A stretch of 64,000 nucleotides of DNA from an uncultured Bacteroidota bacterium (GTDB lineage Bacteria; Bacteroidota; Ignavibacteria; Kryptoniales; Kryptoniaceae), in assembly GCA_964593475.1 (NCBI GenBank), contig CAZQJI010000001.1, positions 3,168 to 67,167 of the forward strand, given 5' to 3'. This document shows, piece by piece, positions 9,324-19,802 of this stretch (positions are counted from its first letter, which is position 1; the number at the start of each line of letters is the position of its first letter). The notes under the pieces are model-generated. The model ran no database searches. It had not been told where the DNA came from and saw nothing but the letters and a program-made list of their open reading frames with translations. The translations under genes were made by a program, and so were the position numbers.

Positions 9324-10745
9324 ATGGTCAGGTTTATTTTCATCGCATTCGTTTTTGTTTCGCTTTCATTCTCTCAGACAAAAGATGGATGTTATAACTG
9401 CCATAAAGATGCGGTTGGAGATAAGCCAACAGAGCTTTATCCCGAAGATGTTCATTTTAAATTAGGTGTTTCATGCGCTGATTGCCACGGCGGAGATAGA
9501 ACGAGCGATGATATGGAAGTTGCAATGAGCAAAGAGAAAGGATATATCGGGATTCCCAAAGGTGATAAAATCACCGACGCTTGCTTGAAATGTCACGCTG
9601 ATGAAAATGTGATGAAAAAGTTTAACTCAAAAATTGACACAAAACAATTTAAGCTCTTTAAATCAAGCGTTCACGGGAAAAGCGAGATTTTAACCTGTAT
9701 AACTTGTCACGGCGTCCATAACATTAAAAAAGTTTCAGATCCACGCTCTCCTGTTTATCCAACAAGCGAAGTTAAACTCTGTTCAAGGTGTCATAGCGAT
9801 GCAAACTATATGAAGAGATTTAATCCGGCTTTGCCAACGGATCAATTTGAAAAATACAAAACAAGCGTTCATGGTCAGAGAATTTTAAAGGGTGATGTTA
9901 AAGTTGCAACCTGTTCGGATTGTCATTCCGCTCATGATATCTTTCCGGCAAACGATCCTCGTTCAAGTGTTTTCGCTGTGAATTTGCCTTTGACCTGCGC
10001 CAGGTGTCATAGCAATGCTGAATATATGCGTGGTTATAAAATTCCAACAGATCAATATGAAAAGTTTGTCCGCAGTGTCCACGGCAAGGCACTTCTTGAA
10101 AAAGGCGATCTGTCCGCTCCCGCTTGCAATGATTGTCATGGAAATCACGGAGCCGTTCCTCCGGGTGTTAAGTCAATTTCGCATGTCTGTGGCGTCTGCC
10201 ATGCTTTAAATGCCGAAATGTTCGCAAGAAGCCCTCACGCAAATGCGTTTGAAAAAAATAAAATTCCACAATGTGAAATTTGTCACGGGAATCACCTTAT
10301 TGAAAGACCAACAGATGAAATGCTCGGGACAAGCGCAAAATCAACTTGTATTAAATGTCATAAAGAAGGTGATAAAGGTTTTGAGGTTGCAAAAGCAATG
10401 AAGGATATGATTGATACTCTTGTTGTAAAAACAAATAAGGCAAAACAAATTCTTGATGAGGCAGAATATAAAGGTATGGATGTTTCGGATGCAAAATATG
10501 AAATGAACGATGTCCCGCAGATTTTGATTAAGGCAAGAACAGTAATTCACACTGCAAGCATTGATGAATTTAAAGAGACAATTATGCCCGGGTATGAAAT
10601 AGTTGAAAGAGTTACAAAAGCCGGGATTGATGCGATTGATGAATATTATTTCAGAAGGTGGGGACTTGGCGCATCAACTTTGATTATCACAATACTTGCT
10701 ATCGCTCTTTATTTGAAAATTAAACAAATTGAAAGAAGAAAATGA
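9324..10745 (+). CDS. Membrane-anchored 11-heme cytochrome c
   Basis: Signal peptide, 11 CxxCH counted, helical region and C-terminal TM helix. Confidence 0.9.
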   Translation: MVRFIFIAFVFVSLSFSQTKDGCYNCHKDAVGDKPTELYPEDVHFKLGVSCADCHGGDRTSDDMEVAMSKEKGYIGIPKGDKITDACLKCHADENVMKKFNSKIDTKQFKLFKSSVHGKSEILTCITCHGVHNIKKVSDPRSPVYPTSEVKLCSRCHSDANYMKRFNPALPTDQFEKYKTSVHGQRILKGDVKVATCSDCHSAHDIFPANDPRSSVFAVNLPLTCARCHSNAEYMRGYKIPTDQYEKFVRSVHGKALLEKGDLSAPACNDCHGNHGAVPPGVKSISHVCGVCHALNAEMFARSPHANAFEKNKIPQCEICHGNHLIERPTDEMLGTSAKSTCIKCHKEGDKGFEVAKAMKDMIDTLVVKTNKAKQILDEAEYKGMDVSDAKYEMNDVPQILIKARTVIHTASIDEFKETIMPGYEIVERVTKAGIDAIDEYYFRRWGLGASTLIITILAIALYLKIKQIERRK

Positions 10746-12007
10746 AAAAGTTAATCCTTCTGTTTTTGCCCGCATTTTTATTCGCTCAAAATTTAAACCT
10801 GCGTCTCACGACCTCAGCTTATATGTGGCAAAGGCAAGAAACACCTGAAATTTCAACAAACCATCTGCGTGCTTTCCAGCTTGCTCAATTAACTTTGAGC
10901 AGGGGAAATTTCTCCATTAACACCTTTGTGAATTTATCAAATGATTTCAGAGAGAAGCAAAGCGATGACCCTCGTTTGAGATTTTATAATTTTTACATCA
11001 ATTGGAGAAATATTTTCAACCGATTTAATTTGAAACTCGGAAGATTTGCGGTTTATTCAGGTGCAGGTGTCGGGACAATTGACGGTGCGTATATCGGAGC
11101 GAGGGTCAGCAAATTTTTAAATGCAAATGTTTACGGCGGATTTTTGATGCCAGCAAATCAAAAGTTGGCATTAAATGATGACCCGAAAAATAATTTTATG
11201 TTTGGTGCTCAGCTAAAGTTTTCATACAAAGATTTAAATGCATCGCTGAGTTATTTCAATCAACACCGCAAACCTAAACCATACGACGCTTTGAGAGCAG
11301 ATAGCCTGGGAGATGTTTTCGTTCGGGAAATTAATTTGACATCTATGCAGTATCAAATTTTGAGCGGGGATTTAAATTATGAATTTTCAATTTTTGAGGT
11401 TTATTCACGACTTGATTACGACATTAACAAAGTTAAATTGACAAGGGGTGAATTTTCAGCTGGTGTTAATTTGATGAACAGGGTTAAATTCAGCATGGGT
11501 TATGATTATCGTGACCCAAGAATCCCGGTGAATTCAATTTTCTCGGTTTTCAACTACGGCGTTACAAAAGAAATTGAAGCTGGAATTCATTATAGGATCA
11601 CGACACTTTTAAGAGCTTATGTCGGCTTCTCAAATGTAAGCTATGTTGATGATAAGTCAAGAAGGATCATTCTTGGGATTGACGCCGGATACGCTTCTGT
11701 TAACTTCGCAAAAAGAATCGGCTATGCGGGGGAACTTGACGGCATCACCGCACAATTTTATTATCCGATGTTCAAAGACAGATTTATTCCAAGTGCGAGC
11801 TTGAATTATTCTTCATACAAATTATCGTCTGAATCTCCGAAGCATAAAGATTTGGTTTTTTCCATCGGTGGAAGTTTCAAACCTGTTAACACAATATCTT
11901 TTGATCTACAAGCGCAATATCTGCAAAACAAAATTTACAAATCAGATTTCAGAATATTTTTCAAGTTCAACTACTGGCTTTTTACAAACCTTGGTTTTAT
12001 AAAATGA
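10742..12007 (+). CDS. Outer-membrane beta-barrel protein (putative porin of a porin-cytochrome conduit)
   Basis: Signal peptide, no Cys, alternating aromatic/hydrophobic strands throughout, C-terminal FRIFFKFNYW; lies between multiheme genes. Confidence 0.7.
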   Translation: MKKLILLFLPAFLFAQNLNLRLTTSAYMWQRQETPEISTNHLRAFQLAQLTLSRGNFSINTFVNLSNDFREKQSDDPRLRFYNFYINWRNIFNRFNLKLGRFAVYSGAGVGTIDGAYIGARVSKFLNANVYGGFLMPANQKLALNDDPKNNFMFGAQLKFSYKDLNASLSYFNQHRKPKPYDALRADSLGDVFVREINLTSMQYQILSGDLNYEFSIFEVYSRLDYDINKVKLTRGEFSAGVNLMNRVKFSMGYDYRDPRIPVNSIFSVFNYGVTKEIEAGIHYRITTLLRAYVGFSNVSYVDDKSRRIILGIDAGYASVNFAKRIGYAGELDGITAQFYYPMFKDRFIPSASLNYSSYKLSSESPKHKDLVFSIGGSFKPVNTISFDLQAQYLQNKIYKSDFRIFFKFNYWLFTNLGFIK

Positions 12008-12029
12008 AAAATTAACACCGGTTCAGGAA

Positions 12030-13253
12030 ATGAGAGAAAAATTTAAAGCGATAGCGATTTACACTTTCTCGGCTCTTTTGATTCCACTTGCTTTTATTTT
12101 TGTCGCTTTTTCTGATTCAAGGACATCGGAGAGGAAAGAATTCTACGGGGATAATGTAAAGCAATGGATGAATGTAAAGTTTTCTCACAAATTTCACGCT
12201 GAAAATGTCGGTGCAGAATGTAATGATTGTCATGCAAATGCTTTGACAAGCGAGAATTCATCCGATTTTCTTTTGCCGAAAATGGAAACCTGTTATAACT
12301 GTCACGATGAGAAATCAACCCCGTGTGAATATTGCCATCTTGACACTAAAAATATGGTGCCTTATGAGGCACCGGTTAGAAAAATTATTTTCTCGCATAA
12401 GTTTCACATTGAAAATCAAAAAATGGAATGCTTGCAATGTCACGCTGGTTCTGATAAAGTAGATTATGCAACGCCTGAACATTTACCGAGTATGGAGAGT
12501 TGTTTCACCTGTCATAACAACAGGACTGCAACGAATGAATGTGAGGCGTGTCATAAAGAGACGGTTTCACTTCTTCCATCAAGCCATAAGGTTGTTGATT
12601 TTGTGAGCGAACATAAAAAATTTGTCCGTGCTGGAGGAGCTGAAAACAATTGTATTACCTGCCATACCGATGATTTCTGCCAGCAATGTCACGATGGAGT
12701 TAATCTTGTCAGAGTTCCTTTAACCGGGAAAGATTTTTATTCGCCTTATACACCGCAAAGCTCGGGTAAAAAGCAACTTGTCCTTCAAAGAGTTCACGAC
12801 TTGAATTATCGTTATACGCATGGAATTGAAGCGAAGAGCAAGGAGAAAGATTGTTATGTATGCCATGATCGTCAAACATTTTGCAGTGGTTGCCACTCTC
12901 CGAATGGTGATATAACCTCAAGTCAAATTAAACCCGAATGGCACAGCGGAAATGATTTTGTCACAATTGGAGTTGGCACTGGCGGTGGGAGACATGCGAA
13001 ACTTGCCAAAAGAGATATTGAAATGTGTATGAGCTGTCACGATACCGAAGGGGCGGACCCAACTTGTGTTCTCTGCCATGTTGATAGAAATCCAGGACTC
13101 GGAAATGATCCAAAAACACATGCAAAAGGTTATATGAAAGATGTTGAAGGGGACTGGCACACGAACGATGGCTCTGTGTGTTTTACCTGCCATGTGAATA
13201 CTCGCAAAGCCGGTTTTGGATTCTGTGGTTATTGCCATGGAGAAAAAGATTAA
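12030..13253 (+). CDS. 14-heme cytochrome c (c3/c7-type FSH..H repeats)
   Basis: 14 CxxCH counted; KFSHKFH and IFSHKFH repeats; N-terminal signal/TM. Confidence 0.9.
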   Translation: MREKFKAIAIYTFSALLIPLAFIFVAFSDSRTSERKEFYGDNVKQWMNVKFSHKFHAENVGAECNDCHANALTSENSSDFLLPKMETCYNCHDEKSTPCEYCHLDTKNMVPYEAPVRKIIFSHKFHIENQKMECLQCHAGSDKVDYATPEHLPSMESCFTCHNNRTATNECEACHKETVSLLPSSHKVVDFVSEHKKFVRAGGAENNCITCHTDDFCQQCHDGVNLVRVPLTGKDFYSPYTPQSSGKKQLVLQRVHDLNYRYTHGIEAKSKEKDCYVCHDRQTFCSGCHSPNGDITSSQIKPEWHSGNDFVTIGVGTGGGRHAKLAKRDIEMCMSCHDTEGADPTCVLCHVDRNPGLGNDPKTHAKGYMKDVEGDWHTNDGSVCFTCHVNTRKAGFGFCGYCHGEKD

Positions 13254-13276
13254 AAAATTAAAAATTCGGTGAGAAA

Positions 13277-14428
13277 ATGAAAATAAAGTTTATAATTGCA
13301 CTTGCACTTTTATCCTTTGTGTTGTTTTCCTGCAGTGAATTGAAAGAAGAAATCGTTTCACCACCTGTTTCCCCGAAGTTGACTTATAAAGATGACATCA
13401 AGCCGATTTTTGACGCCAACTGTGTAAGCTGCCATAATCCAGCATCAACTGATTTTGATCTATCAACATATTTTGGAATAATACAAAGCGGAACAGCAAT
13501 CGCTGGTGATCCGAACAGCAAAATCATTCAAGCAACGCAACCCGGTGGAAGTATGAGAAAATATCTTGGTTCGGATTCTGTTTTAAAAGCGGAAAAAATT
13601 AAAAAATGGGTTGTGGATGATAGTTTGGCTCTTGGAAATGTAAAGATACATCCATCTGATTGGTCGCAAGTTACAAGTCCAAATTCACATGCTAAATTTT
13701 TGCGAAGAACAAATTGGAATTTTGATCAATGTAAGCAATGTCACGGGAGCAATTACACCGGTGGAGTTAGCAAATCGTCCTGCTATACCTGTCATAATGC
13801 CCCGGGCGGACCTGAAGCTTGCAACACCTGTCATGGAAATCTTCTCAATCCAGCGCCACCTCGTGATTTAAACAATAATTTTTCAACATCCGCACGTGGT
13901 GTTGGTGCACATCAAGTCCATGTCAGAGGAGGTGAGTTTTCAGTCGGTTTTGATTGTAATGAATGCCATATAAAACCTGCAACTTTGAGAGATTCAGGTC
14001 ATCTTGATGGTTCAAATGGTGCTGAAGTTATATTTCAGGACAGTTCACTTGCAAGACACAAAACACCTTCCGGAATCGGTGAATACATTGTTCCAAATCC
14101 AGTTTATTCTTCAAATGATATGACTTGCTCAAATACATATTGTCACGGTTATTTCAGAAATGGAAATATAAACAATTCCCCAAGGTGGACGGTTGTTGAT
14201 GGTAGTCAGGCAGCCTGTGGAACCTGTCATGGACTTCCACCTTCCGGAACCCATCCATCTGTTTCGTCAACATCCTGCGCAAACGCCTGCCATAATGATG
14301 TTGTCGGTTTAAGAGACGGAAAGCTTTACATAAAAGATAAAACCAAGCATGTGAACGGGAAGTTGAGTTTGTATGGATATGAGGTTGATTTTTTAATCAA
14401 TGAAAGCAAATTCATGTCATCAAAATAA
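13277..14428 (+). CDS. Multiheme cytochrome c lipoprotein with CxxxxCH/CxxCH domain
   Basis: Lipobox LFSC; 6 CxxCH plus CSNTYCH (CX4CH) and CANACH (CX3CH); C..CHG.PP and HVNG typical of Geobacter-type CxxxxCH proteins. Confidence 0.85.
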   Translation: MKIKFIIALALLSFVLFSCSELKEEIVSPPVSPKLTYKDDIKPIFDANCVSCHNPASTDFDLSTYFGIIQSGTAIAGDPNSKIIQATQPGGSMRKYLGSDSVLKAEKIKKWVVDDSLALGNVKIHPSDWSQVTSPNSHAKFLRRTNWNFDQCKQCHGSNYTGGVSKSSCYTCHNAPGGPEACNTCHGNLLNPAPPRDLNNNFSTSARGVGAHQVHVRGGEFSVGFDCNECHIKPATLRDSGHLDGSNGAEVIFQDSSLARHKTPSGIGEYIVPNPVYSSNDMTCSNTYCHGYFRNGNINNSPRWTVVDGSQAACGTCHGLPPSGTHPSVSSTSCANACHNDVVGLRDGKLYIKDKTKHVNGKLSLYGYEVDFLINESKFMSSK

Positions 14429-14433
14429 ACTAA

Positions 14434-14458
14434 GGGGGCTTTAATGCCCCCGTTTTTT
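14434..14458 (+). terminator. Intrinsic terminator ending the cytochrome cluster
   Basis: GGGGGC-tttaat-GCCCCC followed by gTTTTTT. Confidence 0.8.
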
Positions 14459-14521
14459 CATTCCAGTTTTGTCCGGGAGAAAATTTTAATTCAAATTTTG
14501 TTTTAAGATAAAAAAAGAAAG

Positions 14522-15205
14522 ATGCAAAAGCGGAGAGCGTATAAGTATTACGATCTTGTGATGGCATCGTTTGTGACCGTTCTTTTGTGTTCAAATATAA
14601 TTGGGGCTGAAAAAGTTGTAAATATATACGGTTTTTCTTTCGGTGCCGGTGTTTTATTTTTTCCGATAAGTTATATCTTTAATGATGTTTTAACAGAAGT
14701 ATACGGATACGCAAGATCAAGAAAAGTTATATGGGCTGGATTTGGAGCTTTGATATTTGCGTCGTTTATGAGCTGGTTTGTGCGGAAACTCCCACCAGAT
14801 CCAAACTGGCATTATCAGGAAGCTTATGATATTGTGTTCGGGCAGACACCGAGAATTGTAATTGCATCAATAACCGCATTCTGGGCTGGAGAATTTACAA
14901 ACTCTTTTGTCCTTGCGAAGATGAAACTTTTAACGAGAGGTAAATTCCTCTGGACGAGGACGATCGGCTCAACGATTGCAGGTGAAGCTGTTGATTCATT
15001 GATTTTTTATCCGGTCGCTTTTTATGGATTCTGGGCAAATGAATTACTTCTTAAAGTTATGTTCACAAATTATGCTATAAAAGTTGGATGGGAAGCAGTT
15101 ATAACCCCTGTTACATATAAAGTTGTTAATTTCTTGAAAAAAGCTGAAAACGAAGATTATTACGACTGGGACACTGACTTTAACCCGTTTAAAGTTGAAG
15201 TGTAA
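14522..15205 (+). CDS. Queuosine precursor transporter (YhhQ/DUF165 family)
   Basis: SNIIGAEK, FPISYI.NDVLTEVYG, PRI..AS..AF..GEF.NS, RTIGST..G..VDS..F motifs. Confidence 0.88.
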   Translation: MQKRRAYKYYDLVMASFVTVLLCSNIIGAEKVVNIYGFSFGAGVLFFPISYIFNDVLTEVYGYARSRKVIWAGFGALIFASFMSWFVRKLPPDPNWHYQEAYDIVFGQTPRIVIASITAFWAGEFTNSFVLAKMKLLTRGKFLWTRTIGSTIAGEAVDSLIFYPVAFYGFWANELLLKVMFTNYAIKVGWEAVITPVTYKVVNFLKKAENEDYYDWDTDFNPFKVEV

Positions 15206-15206
15206 A

Positions 15207-17264
15207 TCATATCTCGTCAAGCAATTTCACCAGCTTGTTAATCTCCGAAACAGGTTGCTTACATTCGTAATTTGTGCAGATGTAAATCGTTGGTTTATTT
15301 TCTATACCTTTGTAGTTTTTCACAAACGGCGCAATTTGCTCAATTTTTGAAGCATCATCCGTTGATTTAAGCAGGATAACTTTGTTCGGGATGAACTTTG
15401 TCCTTAAAATTTTAAGCATCCTTTTGAAGTTATCATCTTTTGAATCACCGGCAATCACGATTTCAAATGAACGTCCCAGAATAAAATCAAGGGCGGATAA
15501 AAAGAAGGTGTAAGCTTTGGGATATTTTTTGATCGTGCCGGAAAAAGCGGAGATGGTTTTTGATATGAATTTTTCATATTCCCGATTTCCAGTTATCCTT
15601 GAAAGTTTTGCTAAAACAAGCAAAGCGACGGAGTTTCCAGAAGGAATTGCTCCGTCGTAAATTTCTTTTTGTCTGAAAAGCACATCTTTATTTTCTTTTT
15701 CTGTGAAGAAAAATCCGCCGTTTTCATCATCCCAGAAGAGTTCAATCATTTTATCTGAGATTTCAATTGCTTTTTCAAGATATTTTACATCAAAAGATGC
15801 TTCATAAAGTTCAAGCAAAGCCCATGTAAGGAAAGCGTAATCATCAAGATAGCCGTTGATCTTTGCTTCGCCATCTTTAAATCTGTGAAGCAATTTTCCA
15901 TCACTTGTAATCATATTTTTTAAAATGAAATCAGCGCTCTTTTTAGCGAGTTCAAGAAATTCAAAATTTTCAAAAACTGCAAATGCTTTAGCAAAGGCAC
16001 ATATCATCAGAGCGTTCCAATCGGTTAAAATTTTATTGTCTTTGAGCGGATGAACTCTTTTTTCTCTTTGGTTGAAAAGTTTCTCTCTTATTTTCGCCCA
16101 CTTTTCTTTTTCATCTTCGTTAAGTTCGGCACGCAAATGCAGAATATTTTTTCCCGTTTTGATTTTCCTTGCTTCGTCAAAATAATTTCCATCTTCTTTG
16201 ATGTTAAATTTCTCTTTCACAAAATTAAATTCATCCTGATTCAAAATTTGTTTTAGTTCTTCAAAGTCCCAGAGATAAAACTTTCCTTCCTCACCTTCAC
16301 TATCCGCATCTTCTGCGGAATAAAATCCACCCTCTGGATTTGTCATATCTCTTTTAACATAGTTTAAAATTTCCTCGCACAGGTTTTTATACTTTTCGTT
16401 TTTCGTCACTTGGTAAGTTTCAATACAGGCGATTGATATAAGCGCCTGATCGTAAAGCATTTTTTCAAAGTGCGGAACAAGCCATTCTCTATCTGTTGAA
16501 TATCTATGGAAGCCAAATCCAATGTGGTCATATATTCCACCAAGAGACATAGATGTTAAAGTTTTCTCAACCATTTCAATTGTTTTCTTTTCACCGCTTC
16601 TTTTCCAGTATCTCAGAAGAAACAAAAGGTTATGCGGTGTTGGAAATTTTGGAGCATAGCCAAAACCACCATATTCGGGGTCAAAATCGCGCTCAAGCTG
16701 TTTAAATGCTTCATCAAAAATTACGATGTTTATTTCTTCATCAGTTTCAAATGAGTTTAACGCTTTTGATAGTTCTTCGGTTATTTCGTCCGCCAATGAC
16801 AGAATTTTTTCTCTATTTTCTTTCCATAATTTTGTTATTCGCGTGAGTAGGTCAATCAAGCCAATGCGCCCGTATTTTGAATGTTTTGGAATGTAGGTCC
16901 CGGCGAAAAATGGTTTCTTATCTGGTGTCATTATAATTGTAAGAGGCCAACCACCATATCCTGTCATCGCCTGACACACAGTCATATAGGTTGAGTCAAT
17001 ATCTGGTCGTTCTTCACGGTCAACCTTTATTGAGATAAAATTTTCGTTAAGTATTTTTGCGACCTCCTCGTCTTCAAATGATTCTTTTTCCATGACATGA
17101 CACCAGTGGCAGGTTGAGTATCCTATTGATAAAAAAATTGGCTTATCTTCATTTTTTGCTCTCTCAAACGCTTCATCACACCATGGATACCAGTCAACGG
17201 GATTATGGGCGTGTTGAAGTAGATACGGGCTTTTTTCGTTTATGAGACGATTGTATTTTGCCAT
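15207..17264 (-). CDS. Thioredoxin-domain protein YyaL/SSP411 (DUF255)
   Basis: [41 protein letters not shown]. Confidence 0.93.
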   Translation of the reverse strand: MAKYNRLINEKSPYLLQHAHNPVDWYPWCDEAFERAKNEDKPIFLSIGYSTCHWCHVMEKESFEDEEVAKILNENFISIKVDREERPDIDSTYMTVCQAMTGYGGWPLTIIMTPDKKPFFAGTYIPKHSKYGRIGLIDLLTRITKLWKENREKILSLADEITEELSKALNSFETDEEINIVIFDEAFKQLERDFDPEYGGFGYAPKFPTPHNLLFLLRYWKRSGEKKTIEMVEKTLTSMSLGGIYDHIGFGFHRYSTDREWLVPHFEKMLYDQALISIACIETYQVTKNEKYKNLCEEILNYVKRDMTNPEGGFYSAEDADSEGEEGKFYLWDFEELKQILNQDEFNFVKEKFNIKEDGNYFDEARKIKTGKNILHLRAELNEDEKEKWAKIREKLFNQREKRVHPLKDNKILTDWNALMICAFAKAFAVFENFEFLELAKKSADFILKNMITSDGKLLHRFKDGEAKINGYLDDYAFLTWALLELYEASFDVKYLEKAIEISDKMIELFWDDENGGFFFTEKENKDVLFRQKEIYDGAIPSGNSVALLVLAKLSRITGNREYEKFISKTISAFSGTIKKYPKAYTFFLSALDFILGRSFEIVIAGDSKDDNFKRMLKILRTKFIPNKVILLKSTDDASKIEQIAPFVKNYKGIENKPTIYICTNYECKQPVSEINKLVKLLDEI

Positions 17265-17391
17265 CTTTCTTTTAACATTTGTTTCGGTTTTAAATTTTTC
17301 AACATTTTCAGGGATTATTTCGTTTCATAATGGCGAATTGAGAAATTTTTTTTATATTTAATAAAACTTTGCAAACTCAATATTTATCCTG

Positions 17392-18930
17392 ATGAAGCCA
17401 GATGAATTTATTCTCATACTTGATTTCGGCTCTCAATATACACAGCTCATAGCACGGAGAATAAGAGAAATCGGTGTGTATTCTGAAATTCAACCTTATA
17501 ATTTCCCAGTTGATGAGATCTTGAAACATAAACCAAAAGGGATAATTTTATCTGGAGGTCCATCAAGCGTTTATGATGAGGGATCTCCAAAGGTTAACGA
17601 TTCTTTATTTAAACTCGGGATACCGATCCTCGGGATATGTTACGGGCTTCAATTGATAGCATATAAACTCGGTGGTGAAGTTGATAGATTTGCAAAAAGG
17701 GAATATGGAAAAGCAATTTTAAAAATTATCAAAGATGATGACTTGTTAAGTGGCTTAAATTCAAATACAGTTGTCTGGATGAGCCATGGTGATGCGCTTG
17801 TGAGTGCACCGCCTGATTTTGAAGTCATCGCGCAGACGGAAAATTCGCCGATTTGTGCTATAAGGAACAGAGAGAAAAAAATTTATGGAGTTCAATTTCA
17901 TCCAGAGGTTGTGCACACAGAGAAAGGGAAGGAGATTTTGAAAAATTTTGTCTATAAAATATGCGGTTGCAAAGGTGGATGGAATGCGAAATCATTTATT
18001 GAAAGCTCAATTGAAGAGATAAGGGAAAAAGTCAAAGATAAAAAAGTAATCTGCGCTGTAAGTGGTGGAGTTGATTCAACGGTTTTAGCAGTGCTTTTGA
18101 ATAAAGCGATAAAAGAAAATCTAATCGCAATTTACATAGACAATGGCTTAATGAGAAAAAAAGAGAGTGAGAATGTTATTAAAATGTTCAGAGATCTCGG
18201 GATAAATGTTCATTATGTTAACGCTGGTGAAATTTTCCTTAACAGATTGCGTGGTGTGGTTGAGCCAGAGGAGAAAAGAAAAATTATCGGTGGAACCTTT
18301 ATTGAAGTTTTTGAGACGGAAGCAAAAAAGTTTGAAGATGTTGAATTCCTTGCGCAGGGAACGCTCTATCCGGATGTGATTGAATCAACTTCTTACAAAG
18401 GACCTTCATCAAAGATAAAAACGCATCACAATGTCGGTGGACTTCCAGAGAAAATGAATTTTAAATTGATAGAACCATTCAGAGAGCTTTTCAAGGATGA
18501 GGTGAGAGAAATTGGCAAAGAGCTTGGGCTTTCAGATGAGATTTTAAATCGTCATCCATTCCCCGGTCCCGGTCTTGCGGTTAGGGTGATCGGCGAAATT
18601 ACGGTTGAAAAGCTTGAAATTTTGCGACAGGCGGATGAAATTTTTATAGAAGAGATAAAGAAAGCAGGCTTGTATGATAGGATATGGCAGGCGTTCGCTG
18701 TGCTTTTGCCTGTTAAATCGGTTGGAGTTATGGGTGATGAACGAAGTTATGATTATGTGATTGCGTTAAGAGCTGTTGAAAGCCGGGATGGTATGACAGC
18801 TGACTGGGTAAGGTTACCGTATGATTTGCTTGAGAAAGTTTCAAGCAGAATTGTTAATGAGGTTAAAGGAGTTAACAGAGTCGTCTATGATATAACTACA
18901 AAACCGCCGGCAACAATTGAATGGGAATGA
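17392..18930 (+). CDS. guaA: GMP synthase (glutamine-hydrolysing)
   Basis: [50 protein letters not shown]. Confidence 0.98.
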   Translation: MKPDEFILILDFGSQYTQLIARRIREIGVYSEIQPYNFPVDEILKHKPKGIILSGGPSSVYDEGSPKVNDSLFKLGIPILGICYGLQLIAYKLGGEVDRFAKREYGKAILKIIKDDDLLSGLNSNTVVWMSHGDALVSAPPDFEVIAQTENSPICAIRNREKKIYGVQFHPEVVHTEKGKEILKNFVYKICGCKGGWNAKSFIESSIEEIREKVKDKKVICAVSGGVDSTVLAVLLNKAIKENLIAIYIDNGLMRKKESENVIKMFRDLGINVHYVNAGEIFLNRLRGVVEPEEKRKIIGGTFIEVFETEAKKFEDVEFLAQGTLYPDVIESTSYKGPSSKIKTHHNVGGLPEKMNFKLIEPFRELFKDEVREIGKELGLSDEILNRHPFPGPGLAVRVIGEITVEKLEILRQADEIFIEEIKKAGLYDRIWQAFAVLLPVKSVGVMGDERSYDYVIALRAVESRDGMTADWVRLPYDLLEKVSSRIVNEVKGVNRVVYDITTKPPATIEWE

Positions 18931-19802
18931 AAGTGCAAAATCCAATCATCAGAAAAGCATTTGAAAAAGCGAGAAAATATTTTGAATCCGGGAAATTCTT
19001 GCATTCAATCCAAATTTATCACAGGTTGATAAATGAAAATCCGGACCTTGTTGACGCATATGTTGAGCTTGCTTTTGTTTATTCAAAGCTCGGAAAAGAA
19101 TTTTGTGCGGAAAAACTTTTGATTCGGGCTTATGAAATTGAACCTGAAAATGAAGAAGTCGCATTTATGCTTGGGAACATTTACTTGAAGGCAAAAAAAT
19201 TTGATGAAGCGATAAAATTTTTCCTTAAGCTAACACATCTTGCATATCCGGTTGTCCATTACAACCTCGGGCTCGCATACTATTATAAGGGAAATTATCT
19301 TGAAGCGGAAGCAGAATTCAAAAAAGTTTTAAAAATTGACCCTGATTTTCCCAAAGTTATTGAATCACTTGCCGAGATTTTGATAAAGCGGGGAAATTTT
19401 GAAGAAGCCGTTGAATATCTTCAACGCGGGATAAAAAAAGAGCCGTATAATCATTCGTTTCATTATCTTCTTGCAATTGCTTTCTGGAATCTTGGAAAAC
19501 TTAAAGATGCCAAAAAATCGATTGAAACCGCAATTGATCTTGAACCAAATAAAGCAACGCTCTGGGAACTGTGCGGTGAAATTTTACTTGAACTTGGAGA
19601 AATTGACGAGGCGGAAAGATATTTCAATAGAGCAATCGGACTTGACAAAAACCTTGTGGATTCGTTTATAAACCTTGGTTTGATTTATACCTACCGCGGG
19701 AAGGTTGATGAAGCTGATAGATTTTTCAGAGAAGCTCTGAAACTTAATCCGAATGTGAGAGTGAAGATAGAGGAAAAACTTAAACTTTTAAGAAATGGGT
19801 AA
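18921..19802 (+). CDS. Tetratricopeptide repeat protein
   Basis: Consecutive TPR-like helix pairs ([11 protein letters not shown]...F..VL..DP); start may be ATG 18927. Confidence 0.85.
   Translation: MGMKVQNPIIRKAFEKARKYFESGKFLHSIQIYHRLINENPDLVDAYVELAFVYSKLGKEFCAEKLLIRAYEIEPENEEVAFMLGNIYLKAKKFDEAIKFFLKLTHLAYPVVHYNLGLAYYYKGNYLEAEAEFKKVLKIDPDFPKVIESLAEILIKRGNFEEAVEYLQRGIKKEPYNHSFHYLLAIAFWNLGKLKDAKKSIETAIDLEPNKATLWELCGEILLELGEIDEAERYFNRAIGLDKNLVDSFINLGLIYTYRGKVDEADRFFREALKLNPNVRVKIEEKLKLLRNG

Noticed and set aside
14459..14521. preQ1 riboswitch upstream of the queuosine precursor transporter
   Set aside because: No recognisable preQ1-I stem-loop with its conserved loop and AAAAAACUA-type tail; only a generic A-rich stretch
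17265..17391. Purine riboswitch upstream of guaA
   Set aside because: Short AT-rich divergent promoter region without the three-stem junction motifs
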